Below, one piece after another: positions 37,962 through 50,084 of a stretch of DNA of 64,000 nucleotides (position 1 is the first letter of the stretch; the number at the start of each line of letters is the position of its first letter). The DNA is from Podarcis pityusensis (Eukaryota), in assembly GCA_964106645.2 (NCBI GenBank), contig OZ067048.1; one strand, written 5' to 3'. The position numbers were made by a program, and so were the translations under genes. The notes below the pieces were generated by a model. The model was not told the origin of the DNA. It worked only from the letters and a program-made list of their open reading frames with translations, and made no database searches.

Positions 37962-38015
37962 GTTGCAGCTTGTAGAGATACAGGGTATGATTGGTTTGAA
38001 CAGCTTCTTCAAAAT
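37962..38015 (+). CDS. NIPBL: NIPBL exon 32 (VAACRDTGYDWFEQLLQN)
   Basis: tag|GTT, AAT|gtaagt; 54 nt. Confidence 0.96.
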
Positions 38016-38418
38016 GTAAGTAACTGTTCAGATAACTTAATTTTTTCTAAAAATGGAACTCCCTCAGTTTGAGGTTTATACTGAATGGGGTAGGCTGTGG
38101 AATGGGAATTTGAAGGTGAAGGTGGATTCTTGAGGTTGCTTCCACAAATGGGAGCAAGACCTTTATGGGAAGCCATTTCAGAGAGGGGGGGTTGCCAGGA
38201 GGGTGAGAGGAAAGTCACCCTCCTCCAACCCCATTACACACACTTTTCTTTTGCTCCAATGCACTGCTTGCAAATTATTGGCCTATTGACAGTTGCTTCC
38301 CATGTGTGACAGAAATATAGTTCTTTGCTATTTTACATGCTTTCTTATGAAGATGGCTTGTATATTCTCAGAATCTAGCCATGAGTATCAACATTGTCCA
38401 TATTGTATATCTTTGTAG

Positions 38419-38527
38419 TTGCTAAAATCTGAAGAAGATGCTTCATATAAGCCTGTAAAGAAAGCCTGTACTCAGCTTGTGGATAATTTGGTTGAACACA
38501 TTCTGAAGTATGAAGAATCTCTGGCAG
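38419..38527 (+). CDS. NIPBL: NIPBL exon 33 (LLKSEEDASYKP...YEESLA)
   Basis: tag|TTG, CAG|gtaaaa; 109 nt. Confidence 0.96.
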
Positions 38528-39656
38528 GTAAAACAGTTATTTGCATTCCATTCATAAGCTATGTAGATTTTGTTTGTGGGTAGCAGAGCTCCAGGTGGAA
38601 TTCAAGTTACTCTTCCACATGACTGTACGAATTATTGCAGAAGTGTGTTCATATATAAACCTCATGTAGTGAGGTGTGTGTGCCTCCAACACTGTTAGCT
38701 TTCAGGAGGAATTGGAGAACATACCTGTCTACCCACGCACTTGGTGGCTAAAGAATACTGTAAGGGCCATCCTGAGATCACTGGATGAAATGTTTTTACC
38801 TGTAACTTTTTAGATATTTTTAACTGTAACTATTTTAGAATGCTTTTTAAATTTTATTGTGGATGTGTTTGCTGCCTTGGTCCCCTTAGAGGGGAAGAGT
38901 GGGATATAAATTCAGTAAATGAAATACACTTGACCATGTGATTGTGTAGCTAGAAAGCAGGTACAGGAGGACCTGTTCACATTGAGAGAAAGCATCTTAT
39001 GACCTAGCCTTCAGAACTATAACCATTACAAAATGAAGCACATAGTGCAGTTTTCTTGTGCACATTTTATGGTCTTAAACTGAATTGCAATAGTTCTGCA
39101 CTTGTGAAATAAAAACCCATCTAAATAATGTTCCTGTGGAAGCTTTGAGTGTTGCAGGGGAAGCAGATGTTGTCATGTCAAACCAGAAAGTAGACAGGAA
39201 CATGATAATAGACAGCTCCAAGGGGCACTGTTGGATGAAACATTCTCCTCCTAAGGCATCTACACCTTGCTGGTGAAGCTGGCTGGTTTGTTAAAGGCCC
39301 TTGCCTTATTTTGTAGCCTTTGACTTCTGAAAGACTGAAGTACAGTAGGGCACTCATCCTCGAGTCAGAGGAGGATGGTAGCACTGTGCCCTCTGATGGG
39401 TGAAGGGGGGCAAATGAGATATTCACAGTTCTCCCCTCCCCAGGAAGCAACACATGGACCTGGCCATTGCAAGCAGCTTTGGTTCTAATTCTGCTTGTTG
39501 ATTTAATTGTCCATAATATATCCAGGACGCACATGATACTAAATAATACTAACAACAGTTTTTGTATATTTGAACATCTTAATGGAATATTAGTTAAGTG
39601 TGTTTGTGTGTGCATATGTATATACATGTATGCTTACATTTTTTTCTTTTTTTCAG

Positions 39657-39793
39657 ATTCTGACAATAAGGGTGTGAATTCAAGTTGCTTGGTAGCTTGC
39701 ATAACCACTTTGTTCTTATTCAGCAAAATCAGGCCCCAGTTAATGGTCAAACATGCCATGACCATGCAGCCATATCTTACCACTAAATGCAGT
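39657..39793 (+). CDS. NIPBL: NIPBL exon 34 (SDNKGVNSSCLVAC...LTTKCS)
   Basis: cag|ATTCT, AGT|gtaagt; 137 nt. Confidence 0.96.
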
Positions 39794-40678
39794 GTAAGTA
39801 TTCCCTACTGTTTCCCCACATTGCCTCTGCTTATGTTATGTGAAACTCGTGATTTGAAGTGAAAATTGGAAGCAGCAAAGTTATTGGCTTTCCCTATTGG
39901 GTTTTAGGCACCAGGCCTAGGTAACTTATTTCCAGAGGAATTTGGGGTTGCTCTGATTTACTCCTTTATTTTTATATTGGTTATCTGCATAGGAAACAGT
40001 TGTAAACATCTTGCTGCTTTTAAATTTGCAAACTGGAGATCACGGGTTGGGAAAAAGGTTGATAGTCCTCTCTTGTGCCTCAGAAAGCATTCCTTTTCAT
40101 GCAGATGACTCTTCTTTAATTCATGGTAGTTTCAAACCTTATGTGCCCAATAGGTTTGCATGGTCTCCAGTGCTTCTCTCGGCAAATGGGTGAAGTGTGA
40201 TAACATGCAGACAGTGTGTGTACACATCAGAAGGGACCTTATTAGACAAATATCTACATGTTAGTCATATATGCTTTTTATGTTTGCTGCAGGGCAGTTC
40301 CAGCTCCAGTTATGGAGATGGTTTCCATGCCCCTCCCCCAGTAAGCCTACCTCCTCACTGCAGCAGGTCTAGGGGGCCCTTTACAGTGAGCTCTGTTGGG
40401 GTGTTGGCCCTTGTCATATGCCCATTCATGTCAACCCTTGCTGATGCTAGTTTAACCTTTATTTATTTTTAATAAAGTTGCTAACTGTTTAAACTCACAT
40501 ACTGGCAACTGTTTTTTTCTATCTGCAATATAATTTTTAATATTCAATTCAAGGTGTATTTGTAAACAGGTGGAATTGATCACTAGGAATGATTATTACT
40601 CATTTTATTCAGATACGTAGTAGTATAACAGCACATGAAAAGTGAAGAAGCTTAACCATATGCAATGTTTTTCTGTAG

Positions 40679-40819
40679 AGTCAAAATGATTTCATGGTGA
40701 TCTGCAACGTTGCAAAAATTTTAGAATTAGTAGTGCCACTGATGGAACATCCGAGTGAGACTTTCCTTGCTACTATTGAAGAAGATCTCATGAAGCTTAT
40801 AATCAAATATGGCATGACA
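40679..40819 (+). CDS. NIPBL: NIPBL exon 35 (SQNDFMVICNVAK...IKYGMT)
   Basis: tag|AGT, ACA|gtaagg; 141 nt. Confidence 0.96.
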
Positions 40820-41136
40820 GTAAGGTTTAATTTCTACTTCAAACTCATTTTGCATTAGCATGGTACTCATGTTAAATATGACTTGACTTCATATTTTTGT
40901 AATGGTTTTTACTGCACTTTATTGGCATTAGTCTTCTTATAGAGATGTTAGTTTTCTTATAGAAAAGAAAGCTAGAAATATATTAGAATAAAATCATATT
41001 CTCATAATAGCCCCAGAGCTTTCAGCTTTTGGCATTTGCTAAAATAAGAGCAAGATGTTGATTTTTCCACTGACTGCTTTGTATTGTCTTAGAGATTACT
41101 TCTAACAAAATCTAATGTGTTCTGCTTTGTTTCTAG

Positions 41137-41230
41137 GTAGTGCAACACTGTGTCAGCTGTCTTGGGGCTGTTGTAAACAAGGTCACTCAGAATTACAAAT
41201 TTGTATGGGCCTGCTTTAATAGATACTATG
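41137..41230 (+). CDS. NIPBL: NIPBL exon 36 (VVQHCVSCLG...CFNRYY)
   Basis: tag|GTA, ATG|gtaagt; 94 nt. Confidence 0.96.
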
Positions 41231-41329
41231 GTAAGTAAATTTTTATGCAGAATTTTCATTATTTTAAAGTTAATTAAACATCTAATAGGAAAAGAAACTA
41301 TGAAGACAAGTATTCTTCATTTTTTGCAG

Positions 41330-41484
41330 GTGCACTTTCAAAATTAAAAAGTCAACATCAAGAAGACCCAAACAGCACTATACTTACAGCAAATAAACCA
41401 GCACTCCTTAGATCTCTTTTCACTGTTGGTGCACTGTGTCGGCATTTTGATTTTGATCAAGAAGATTTTAAAGGCAACAGCAAG
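41330..41484 (+). CDS. NIPBL: NIPBL exon 37 (ALSKLKSQHQE...FKGNSK)
   Basis: cag|GTGCA, AAG|gtaaat; 155 nt. Confidence 0.96.
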
Positions 41485-41509
41485 GTAAATCATTCAACTT
41501 GTTTTTATT

Positions 41510-41568
41510 ATTGCTTGTAAGCCGCTCTGAGCCCGACCTTGGCTGGGGAGGGCGGGGTATAAATAAAA

Positions 41569-41612
<44 letters not shown>
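41510..41612 (+). mobile_element. 3' tail of a LINE/SINE ending in (ATT)n
   Basis: tgtaagccgctctgag...ggcggggtataaataaa followed by an (ATT)n microsatellite (about 41569-41612). Confidence 0.65.
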
Positions 41613-41613
<1 letters not shown>

Positions 41614-41765
41614 TATTTGCTTACTACTACATTTGGATAGACTGACATTTGGGGAAAAAATAAACTTAGACGAGCAGATTTTCCTATGTGATTACTTTTT
41701 AAATGAATGAAAATTTTCTCAAGCTTTCCCCCCTGAATTATCCACATTGTTTCCCCTTTAAATAG

Positions 41766-41856
41766 GTTAACATTAAGGATAAAGTACTTGAGCTGCTGAT
41801 GTATTTTACCAAACATTCAGATGAGGAGGTACAAACAAAAGCCATTATTGGTCTAG
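41766..41856 (+). CDS. NIPBL: NIPBL exon 38 (VNIKDKVLELL...KAIIGL)
   Basis: tag|GTT, TAG|gtaaga; 91 nt. Confidence 0.96.
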
Positions 41857-42692
41857 GTAAGAACATCAAAATACTGTGGTATTAGATGCACACAGATTTG
41901 CCTATAGTGGAATTCTGCTACCAGAGTTCCAGAGTGGTGGAAGCAGGAAAGAGAGCTTCTGCTGATTTCTGCTTTCCCCTGCAGCCTCCTACATCCCCCC
42001 TCCATCTGCTCCAGAGAGTTGGTGGATGGCAGGTGGAATTGGAAATTTGCAAGGGAAAGGGGAAATTGGTGGGGAAATGCCTCTTGTCCCTCCTCCAGAA
42101 GTAACCTGCACTGGATTGAAGTTGCTTTGATGAATAGCAGTTACCTTTGCATTTGTTGAATAGACACTCAGGATTACTTATGAGTTCTTGGTTATGATGA
42201 TTCAGAGCAATTGCTATTTAAATATAGGCAGTGACCATTCTGTTCTGACATGAGGTCCTTTTGGATCCAGAAGGGGGTGGAACAGGGGCAGGACAGGATA
42301 ATATGCACTCTGCTGACACCCACAGGGGCCAGGAATGGAACCCCTATGCAGAATGGTTGCCACCTGTACAGTATTCCATGAGGATTTGCTTCTGTGTTGA
42401 GATAGATTATTGTAAGAGTTTGATTCTATGCAAGCAAGTTTTACACTTCAGATAAATTCTAATGCTTCTAAAATGGGTTAGTACCCATGTTATGTATCTA
42501 TATACTTTTTGTGTCCTGTCGTAAGGCAGCTGATACTATTCCACAATTTGGCACAGTATCTTTTCAAAAGGAATTTGAACTAAAGTTGCCTGCAAATATG
42601 AATGTGGCCCCATTATAAACACTCATGACTTTCTTTTAAAATCTGCTTCAGTAAAATGATATACCAAATTGTATCATCTTATTTTCTTTCAG

Positions 42693-42866
42693 GGTTTGCA
42701 TTCATACAACACCCAGGTCTAATGTTTGAACAAGAAGTGAAAACATTATACAACAGCATACTTTCTGATAAGAACAGCTCAGTAAACTTAAAAATCCAGG
42801 TGTTAAAAAATCTCCAAACATACCTCCAAGAGGAAGATACACGGATGCAACAGGCAGATAGAGAAT
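42693..42866 (+). CDS. NIPBL: NIPBL exon 39 (FAFIQHPGLMFE...QQADRE)
   Basis: cag|GGTTT, AAT|gtgagt; 174 nt. Confidence 0.96.
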
Positions 42867-44180
42867 GTGAGTGATGAGCATTGTTGCACTTTAAATAAAC
42901 ATTTTAAAGAAGTAATTAATATCAAGTAACTGCAACTTAGTTTTCAGTTCCATCTCTGATGTTGTTTTCACAAAGAGCTTTCTGTGCATTGAAAACTTTA
43001 CAGATAATGGGATAACAAATTAGGAAAGATCTATACGTGCAGTAGAATGAAATGGTTGAATACAGTTTAAGCAGTAAACTTCAGGTGTATAATCACATTT
43101 TGAATGCACCCCCCAAAGTAAAAACATATTTGCAAGAAAAAAAGTGGCATAGCAGTGAAAGTGCTGTGCCAGAACCGTGTCAAGGTTTCTTGTGAGGGAG
43201 CATTAAAAGCATAGCAACTACCACCTGGAGTATGAACTGGTACAGTCTGCTCTTCCACTTTAGCCTTTTTCATATGTAGAAAAGGACTTCAAACAATGGC
43301 TGTTAAAAGTAGTTTCTCCATCATTGGAGGCAGCTACCCTGGAGTGGATTACTCCTCCCACTTGCTTCAGCAGGCGGGGCTTATGCAAATTATTCAAAGA
43401 ACCTTTGTCAATGGCAGTTGCAGAAGTAACTGCCCTTTTCCAGTTTCTCACCTACTTGCTCTAGAGTGATGGGGCTTCTGAGGAGCTCTGGCTCAGTTTT
43501 CAACTATACTTGGATTTTTTCGAGCAATTGCTGCAAACTCTCTCTCCCCCCCCCCCCCCCCGCCCGAACTTGGAATTGGTGGCAGGTTCTTTTAGAAGAA
43601 AGACTTGTCTGGATAGTTAAACTAGAAGGCACTTCCCCTTCCAGTCTTTCTGCTACCTCTGTAGTAAACCACAACAGAAATGATATTGTGTGGTTTCATA
43701 TCCAGAAATAAGCAATGCTTTTCTCCTGTAGAGGTAATGAAACTTTAAGCATTTGCAGCTGAAAACAACAAAGAAGTTTATGCTCCTCCCATGTTTTTGA
43801 CACAGGTATCAAGCTTGGGCTTAAACTGTATCTCTTGATCTTCAGCGGTGATGGTATTTCTCAAGAGGCCTTTCAGTCATCCCAGTTAGTGAGGAGGCAC
43901 ATGCTGAAATGTTGTCATGTTATGTTGATGAAATGAGTTAGTAGGGAAGAAGGAGATGCTGTTTCTGTGTTTCCAGAAAAGCATACAAATGTTGGACCAG
44001 GGATTTGGTTAAGAAGGAGTTAAGCAGTACCACTAAAAAATTGCCCATACCTCCTTAGGAAGCCTGTTCCCAACCTGTGTTCCATATAGTAGGAAAAACC
44101 ATATACCCGGTACTTGTATGTATATAATGTGATAAAAAGTGCTGCTAAAACATCTCCTTTGGTTTCTGTTTTTTTCATAG

Positions 44181-44371
44181 GGAAAAAGGTAGCAAAGCAG
44201 GAAGATCTGAAAGAAATGGGTGATATTTCCTCAGGGATGAGCAGCTCTATCATGCAGCTCTATCTCAAACAGGTCCTTGAGGCATTCTTTCACACGCAGT
44301 CCAGCGTCCGTCATTTCGCACTCAATGTTATTGCACTGACATTAAACCAGGGTCTTATCCATCCAGTTCAG
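44181..44371 (+). CDS. NIPBL: NIPBL exon 40 (KKVAKQEDLKEMGD...LIHPVQ)
   Basis: tag|GGAAA, CAG|gtatgc; 191 nt. Confidence 0.97.
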
Positions 44372-44889
44372 GTATGCAATTGCATAATTTGGGCTACTAT
44401 CCTATATACACATGCTTTGGAGTAAAATAAAAAATGTATTCACAAAAACCTTTTGCACTTGTTAATCTGCAACTTGATTTACGTTTTCAGTAATACATTA
44501 ATGAGCTGTTTATTTGCAGACTTATAGACAATAATACAGGAACTGGTGGTTTTCTTTCATAGAATCAACCTCTTAAGAGGTGCTCCAGAAAAGGTTCAAA
44601 GTTTCAAAAACTACCACCTGGTTAAACTGTTGTGCTATTATTTGAGTGACTTCTTCAGGTATTATTGTTTCTACTTTGCGGTTCTTAACTGAAATCAAGA
44701 AGTAAATTACACAGTTTTCACACTGCAGCTCTGTGGTGTTCGCATGGCCTTTCCAGACCTCTTTTTATGGTGCTCTGCAGGCAATGGATATTTGTAGCGT
44801 GTCAAACATGTACAATATAAAAGGAGGAAAATACAGACATCTGCAGGCATATGTGAAGATTTTACAATAAGTGTCTATCTCTCTTTCAG

Positions 44890-44997
44890 TGTGTGCCATA
44901 CTTAATAGCTATGGGCACAGATCCAGAGCCTTCTATGAGGAACAAAGCAGACCAGCAGCTGGTGGAGATTGACAAAAAATATGCTGGATTTATTCAT
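44890..44997 (+). CDS. NIPBL: NIPBL exon 41 (CVPYLIAMGTDPE...YAGFIH)
   Basis: cag|TGT, CAT|gtatgt; 108 nt. Confidence 0.96.
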
Positions 44998-45615
44998 GTA
45001 TGTATGCTTCTGTTTGTTGTGCTTATTTTTGTTCCTATCCAGTGAAGCCATTCGGTAATTACTTCCAAAATGGGGAACCAACCAACAAACCAGTCATTTA
45101 TTATATAGTCACAGACCTGCTAATAAAATGGGGAACGGTGGTGGAATGTATTTACTGACTAGAATCTTCAAGTACAATTTGATCTGACATTAAACCCTGT
45201 TTTGGAAGTAATGAGCAACTGTAGTTTACATTTATCAAGATCTGTTCGCAGGGAAGAGATGACGCCTGATGCACAATCCTAGCTTGCTAAATTGTGGTTA
45301 ACAAACTGCGAATGTAGATATGAACTCTGCCTCAATTAACATTATAACAAAAATGTTTGCATTGCAACTAGAATAGTAGTGTGGTCTGTTTAAGGCACAG
45401 AAAAAATGTGAAACTAGTCCTTGAAGTAATTCAAGTTGTGCATCCCTTCATTGTCCTTCCTGTTTTATATATTCCTTAAGGTTCTCACTCTGGGCCCTTT
45501 CTTCCACTCTGTACATTCCATTTCATACAAAGCAAGTATGCAGAGGAGTGATGGCTTTCGTCCTTACCTTCTATGTTTTTGTTCTGCTCATTACATGCAT
45601 ATCTATAGTCTATAG

Positions 45616-46406
45616 TAGGGTTGCCATATTCTGAAGATAAAAAACCCGGAAACATTTGGAGCACACACACCCCACCATCCCGTATCTCCTTCCTTGCCCA
45701 CACCCTCCTTCCCTCCCCTCTCTTTGCTGTCTTCGGCCTCCTGCTCACGAGACGCTGTGTCGCAGCCAGTTTACCCTGTCTCCCCGGCTCTCAAGCAGAC
45801 TAGGGGCAAGCTGAGAGGAAACAGGCCCAGAGAGCCAGTGTGGTGTAGTGGTTAAGAAAGGTAGTCTCGTAATCTGGGGAACCAGGTTCGCGTCTCCGCT
45901 CCTCCACATGCAGCTGCTGGGTGACCTTGGGCCAGTCACACTTCTTTGAAGTCTCTCAGCCCCACTCACCTCACAGAGTGTTTGTTGTGGGGGAGGAAGG
46001 GAAAGGAGATTGTTAGCCGCTTTGAGACTCCTTAAAGGGAGTGAAAGGCGGGATATCAAATCCAAACTCCTCCTCCTCCTCTTCTTCTTCTTCTTCTTCT
46101 TCTTCTTCTTCTTCTTCTTCTTCTTCTTCTTCTTCTTCTTCTTCTCCAGACCCCACTGTGGCGCTTTCGCTTCTAGGGCACAGCGGTGGCGCATGAGGGG
46201 GGTGGAGAGTGGCTGACCCTGAAGAACGTCTGCCCTCTCCTACCCTTTGGTGGCATGCACGTGCTCCTCTAACACCCCCCAAATAAAAAAATACCTCCCC
46301 CCCAAAACCAGGCATTTCATGTGCCATGCAAAAATCCACGTGGACAGGCATGCTCGCCCCCCAAAAGAGGACATGTACAGGAAAACATGAACATATGGCA
46401 ACACTA
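45616..46406. mobile_element. Non-autonomous hAT element hosting a SINE
   Basis: TIRs TAGGGTTGCCATAT / ATATGGCAACACTA; TSD GTCTATAG/GTTTATAG. Confidence 0.82.
45830..46146 (+). mobile_element. Squam3 SINE with (CTT)n tail
   Basis: tRNA-like head (TGGTGTAGTGG A box, GGTTCG B box), CORE-like ctgggtgaccttgggccagtcac and a (CTT)n tail at about 46080-46145. Confidence 0.85.
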
Positions 46407-46824
46407 GTTTATAGGGAATATTATTTCTTTCATTGCAGCTGCCATCAGCAATTCAGATTTTGGGGGAGCTATGGATATAATTAGTCCCACTAATTGTTTT
46501 GTGAGAGCAATTGGAAAAGCATTATTGAAAAACCTTCACTCTAGTAGGCTGAAGTGTGTAGCTTTGGAAAACACACATATATTTTCTCTTCCTTGGCCTA
46601 GAAAGACTACAAATATTAAAAACACAAATAATCCCCCTAACTGCAACATGTATATCAGTGTGTCAAAATTGTGCATGTTTGCTATAAAAAAGCAAATGAT
46701 TTGAAAATTGTTCACTAGAAAGCTATTGGGGAAATGAAACAGATAACTGAGCTCAAATCTTTGTGGCAACCTCTTTCTGTTCGTCCTAAGCAAAATGAAG
46801 ACTTATAAATGTTTTTAACTTCAG

Positions 46825-47025
46825 ATGAAAGCAGTGGCTGGTATGAAGATGTCATACCAGGTACAGCAAGCAATCAACACTTGCCGTAAAGATCCTGTGA
46901 GGGGCTTTAGGCATGATGAATCCAGCAGTGCTTTGTGCTCACACCTTTACTCCATGATCCGAGGAAACCGACAACACCGACGAGCCTTTCTCATTTCCTT
47001 ACTCAACCTCTTTGATGACACAGCT
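46825..47025 (+). CDS. NIPBL: NIPBL exon 42 (MKAVAGMKMSYQ...LFDDTA)
   Basis: cag|ATG, GCT|gtgagt; 201 nt. Confidence 0.97.
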
Positions 47026-48017
47026 GTGAGTCTAATGCAGACCTTTTTTGTACTCTTTTAAAAAAGTGCTTTTGATGAAGTATGATCTGCTTTAGAGAGC
47101 ATGTCTGGTTTTGAAAATAGTATAAAAGTTGCAGTATAATAACTGCATAGAAATTATGTGGTGACATGTTGAACTTTGGCAGCTGTCCCCAATCATGTGC
47201 TCTCCAGATGTTTTAGACTACAATTCCCATCATCCTTAACCATTGGTTATGCTAGCTGGGGCTAATGGGAGTCCAAATCACCAGTTTGGGGGAGGCTGGC
47301 CTGGAGAATTGCTAACAAAAATGAAGATGCATTCCCTCTACACAGGGCTAAACTTGGTTCAATCATATTTTTAGGTTTTCCTAAATGCGGGATTCCACCC
47401 TTAGGATTAACAAGGCAGGTGCTTGGTCAGATTTGAGTTTTCACTTCTTCTCCTTGACAGGAGTGAAACCCATCCCTCTCACTTCCCAGAATGCTTTGTG
47501 GCTTTCCTGGTTCATCTTAGCATCCTTCCAATGCCAAAAGAGCTCACTGTTTTTCTTTTTGGCACAGCCCCTGTATTCATAGTTGGAGTGGGTTGAGGCA
47601 CCAGGAGACAGAATCCATTCCTTCTGTGATGTTTCAGTGGCTAAAATTGCAAGAGCTGTTCACGCTCACAACTTGGAATAGGCATAATGGTTTGTATTCA
47701 AAGTAGTGGGAAGCCTCTCATTCTACAAGGATTTACCTTTGCACAATGGACTCTCCTCCATGCCTTCTAAATGCGCCAACTCTGTAGGGCTGAGATGTCT
47801 TCAGCCACCCCCCCAAAAAGAATCTGTTGGGACAGGGCTGAGCCCACTGATCTGAGGGGCCAGGTCTTGCAACGGTGGTGGGCCTTGTAGTGCATGCAAT
47901 GTCACACATGGAAACACCCCCCCCCCCAAAAAAAAATATGTTGGGTGGAACTCACTGGATACTGTATTCAAGGAGCAATAATGTGGCATGGAGCTCATTG
48001 AGCACAGAAATGATTGT

Positions 48018-48036
48018 GTCTGTCTGTCTATCTATC

Positions 48037-48087
<51 letters not shown>
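48018..48087 (+). repeat. (TGTC)n(TATC)n microsatellite
   Basis: Direct reading; ends 23 nt upstream of exon 43. Confidence 0.92.
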
Positions 48088-48110
48088 GTTATTTTCTTCT
48101 ACTTCCACAG

Positions 48111-48257
48111 AAAACGGAGGTCAATCAGCTTTTGTATATAGCAGACAATCTAGCCTGTTTTCCTTACCAAACCCAGGAAGAGCCACTTTTTATAATGCAC
48201 CATATAGACATCACATTATCAGTTTCTGGTAGTAACCTTCTCCAGTCATTTAAGGAG
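48111..48257 (+). CDS. NIPBL: NIPBL exon 43 (KTEVNQLLYIADNL...LQSFKE)
   Basis: cag|AAA, GAG|gtaagt; 147 nt. Confidence 0.97.
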
Positions 48258-48430
48258 GTAAGTGGAATTATATTATACAACATTACCTTCCTATGGCCCA
48301 CTGTATCTCTTCAGTCATTCAGGGTGAGGTAAAACCTTGGTGACCAGCCTTTTGGACAAGCGTGCTACTGAGTTCAAACTGAGAGAATGCCACTCTAGTG
48401 ATCAGAATCCTTTTTCTTCACTCTGCCTTA

Positions 48431-49277
48431 CAAGGGCATAGGAAGGGGGGGTGCCCCAGGTGCCATCATTGGGGGGGGGGACGACACACGAATTATCATG
48501 GAACAATTACTGCCCTACTAGGGCGGTTCATAAAAAACTTTTTTGAAAATGCCTGCACCGAAGGTCTTATCTTACTACACTAAGGATTATATAGCTATAT
48601 ATGAAATTTCATGCATATCAGTTAATATCTTGACCCTCATCCATGAAAATAGCTGTTTACTTGGCTGTTTTCCTATGTCGTGAAGGCTGAAATTTCAATT
48701 CAGTGGAGCAGGGTCAAGATATTAACTGATATGCATGATATTTCAGATATAGCTATATAATCCCTAGTTTATTAAGATAAGACCTTTGGAGCAGGCATTT
48801 TTGTTTTTTTAAAAAAGCTTTTTATGAACCACCCTACTGTCCTACCCTCCGCTGGGCTTCCCGGGTCCTGGAAAGTCAGCCTATGTGAAGAAAATGAGAC
48901 TAGGCCAAGTAGATTAGGCCTTGCCTTGCCTTCGCCCTGCCCCTTGCATGCAGCTGTTTTTTCTTGATTTTACTGCTGTGGTGTTTTTTGTTTTGATAAA
49001 CCACTTTGCAGGTTTTTTAAAATAAATTTTATTAAATAAATAAACAATAAATATAAATAAAATAACACAAGCCAAAACACAATCCATCCTGTAGATTTAA
49101 GTATCTGCCCATAGTCGCCTACTTGTTATCAGAGGCCCAGAATCCACATTCCTTTGTAAGAAAATAAGAAATAGCGTAAAACTGTTTTGTAGGCAAAAAA
49201 ATAAGAAAACTCAATGTGGGGAGGGGGTGACAAGAAATTTTCCACACCGGGTACCACCTGACCTTCCTACGCCTCTG
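48431..49277. mobile_element. hAT-like non-autonomous element hosting a fold-back MITE
   Basis: TIRs CAAGGGCATAGGAAGG / CCTTCCTACGCCTCTG; TSD unclear. Confidence 0.65.
48519..48836. mobile_element. Fold-back MITE with about 120-bp inverted arms
   Basis: Arms 48519-48637 and 48710-48836 are near-perfect reverse complements. Confidence 0.85.
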
Positions 49278-49758
49278 CCTTATGATGGCTTTGCCTCAAA
49301 TCTACCTAGCCTAGGCAGAAACATAATATTAGGAAAGCCAGACAAGAGTGTATGTCTGTGTACTACAACCAAATCCATGAACCCTATTGCTGTTTTCTGA
49401 ATGTGCCACAAATCTTGTGCCCACCAGCTGGGGCCCTGCACCCCCACTGCAGATAGATCACCCATACATTAAAAAAGAAATGCTGCAACCATGTAAGGGG
49501 CTGCTGGTAATCAGGTTAAGCAGTCCTTTGTCTTGTAGAATGCATTGACTGTATTCTGAGTTGAATATTTAATAGCTTAGATGTGTGTGTGGTTCATCCT
49601 TTGAGTCTGCTTTCCCAAAATCTCGCCACTTAATTTCCCTTGATTGATAGTTCATACTGGTGAATGACTACATGTCAGAACGGTCTTCAAATCTCTTTTT
49701 ATAATATATCGATAATGGTGTTTGCTATTTTTCTAAACTACCTGCCATTTTCTTTCAG

Positions 49759-50051
49759 TCTATGGTGAAATATAAAAAAGAAAGGAAGCCATCATCTGAT
49801 GAAGAGAGTGAGAGTGAAAGTAACAGTGAAAGTGACAGCGACAGTGAGGAGGAAGTTCACAAACCCCGAAAGTTGCGAAAACGTGCAGAGTCTGATTCAG
49901 ATACTGATGAAGAGAATGATATAAATGCTGTCATGAAATGTTTGCCAGACAATTCAGCTCCTCTCATTGAATTTGCAAATGTTTCCCAGGGCATATTGTT
50001 GCTGTTGATGTTAAAACAGCATTTGAAGAACCTCTGTGGATTTTCTGACAG
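49759..50051 (+). CDS. NIPBL: NIPBL exon 44 (SMVKYKKERK...LCGFSD)
   Basis: cag|TCT, CAG|gtgagg; 293 nt. Confidence 0.96.
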
Positions 50052-50084
50052 GTGAGGAGCATTCATGTTTTGCTTACTTTATCT

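Noticed and set aside
45745-46351. ORFs with poly-K, poly-E and poly-F
   Set aside because: Translations of the (CTT)n SINE tail.
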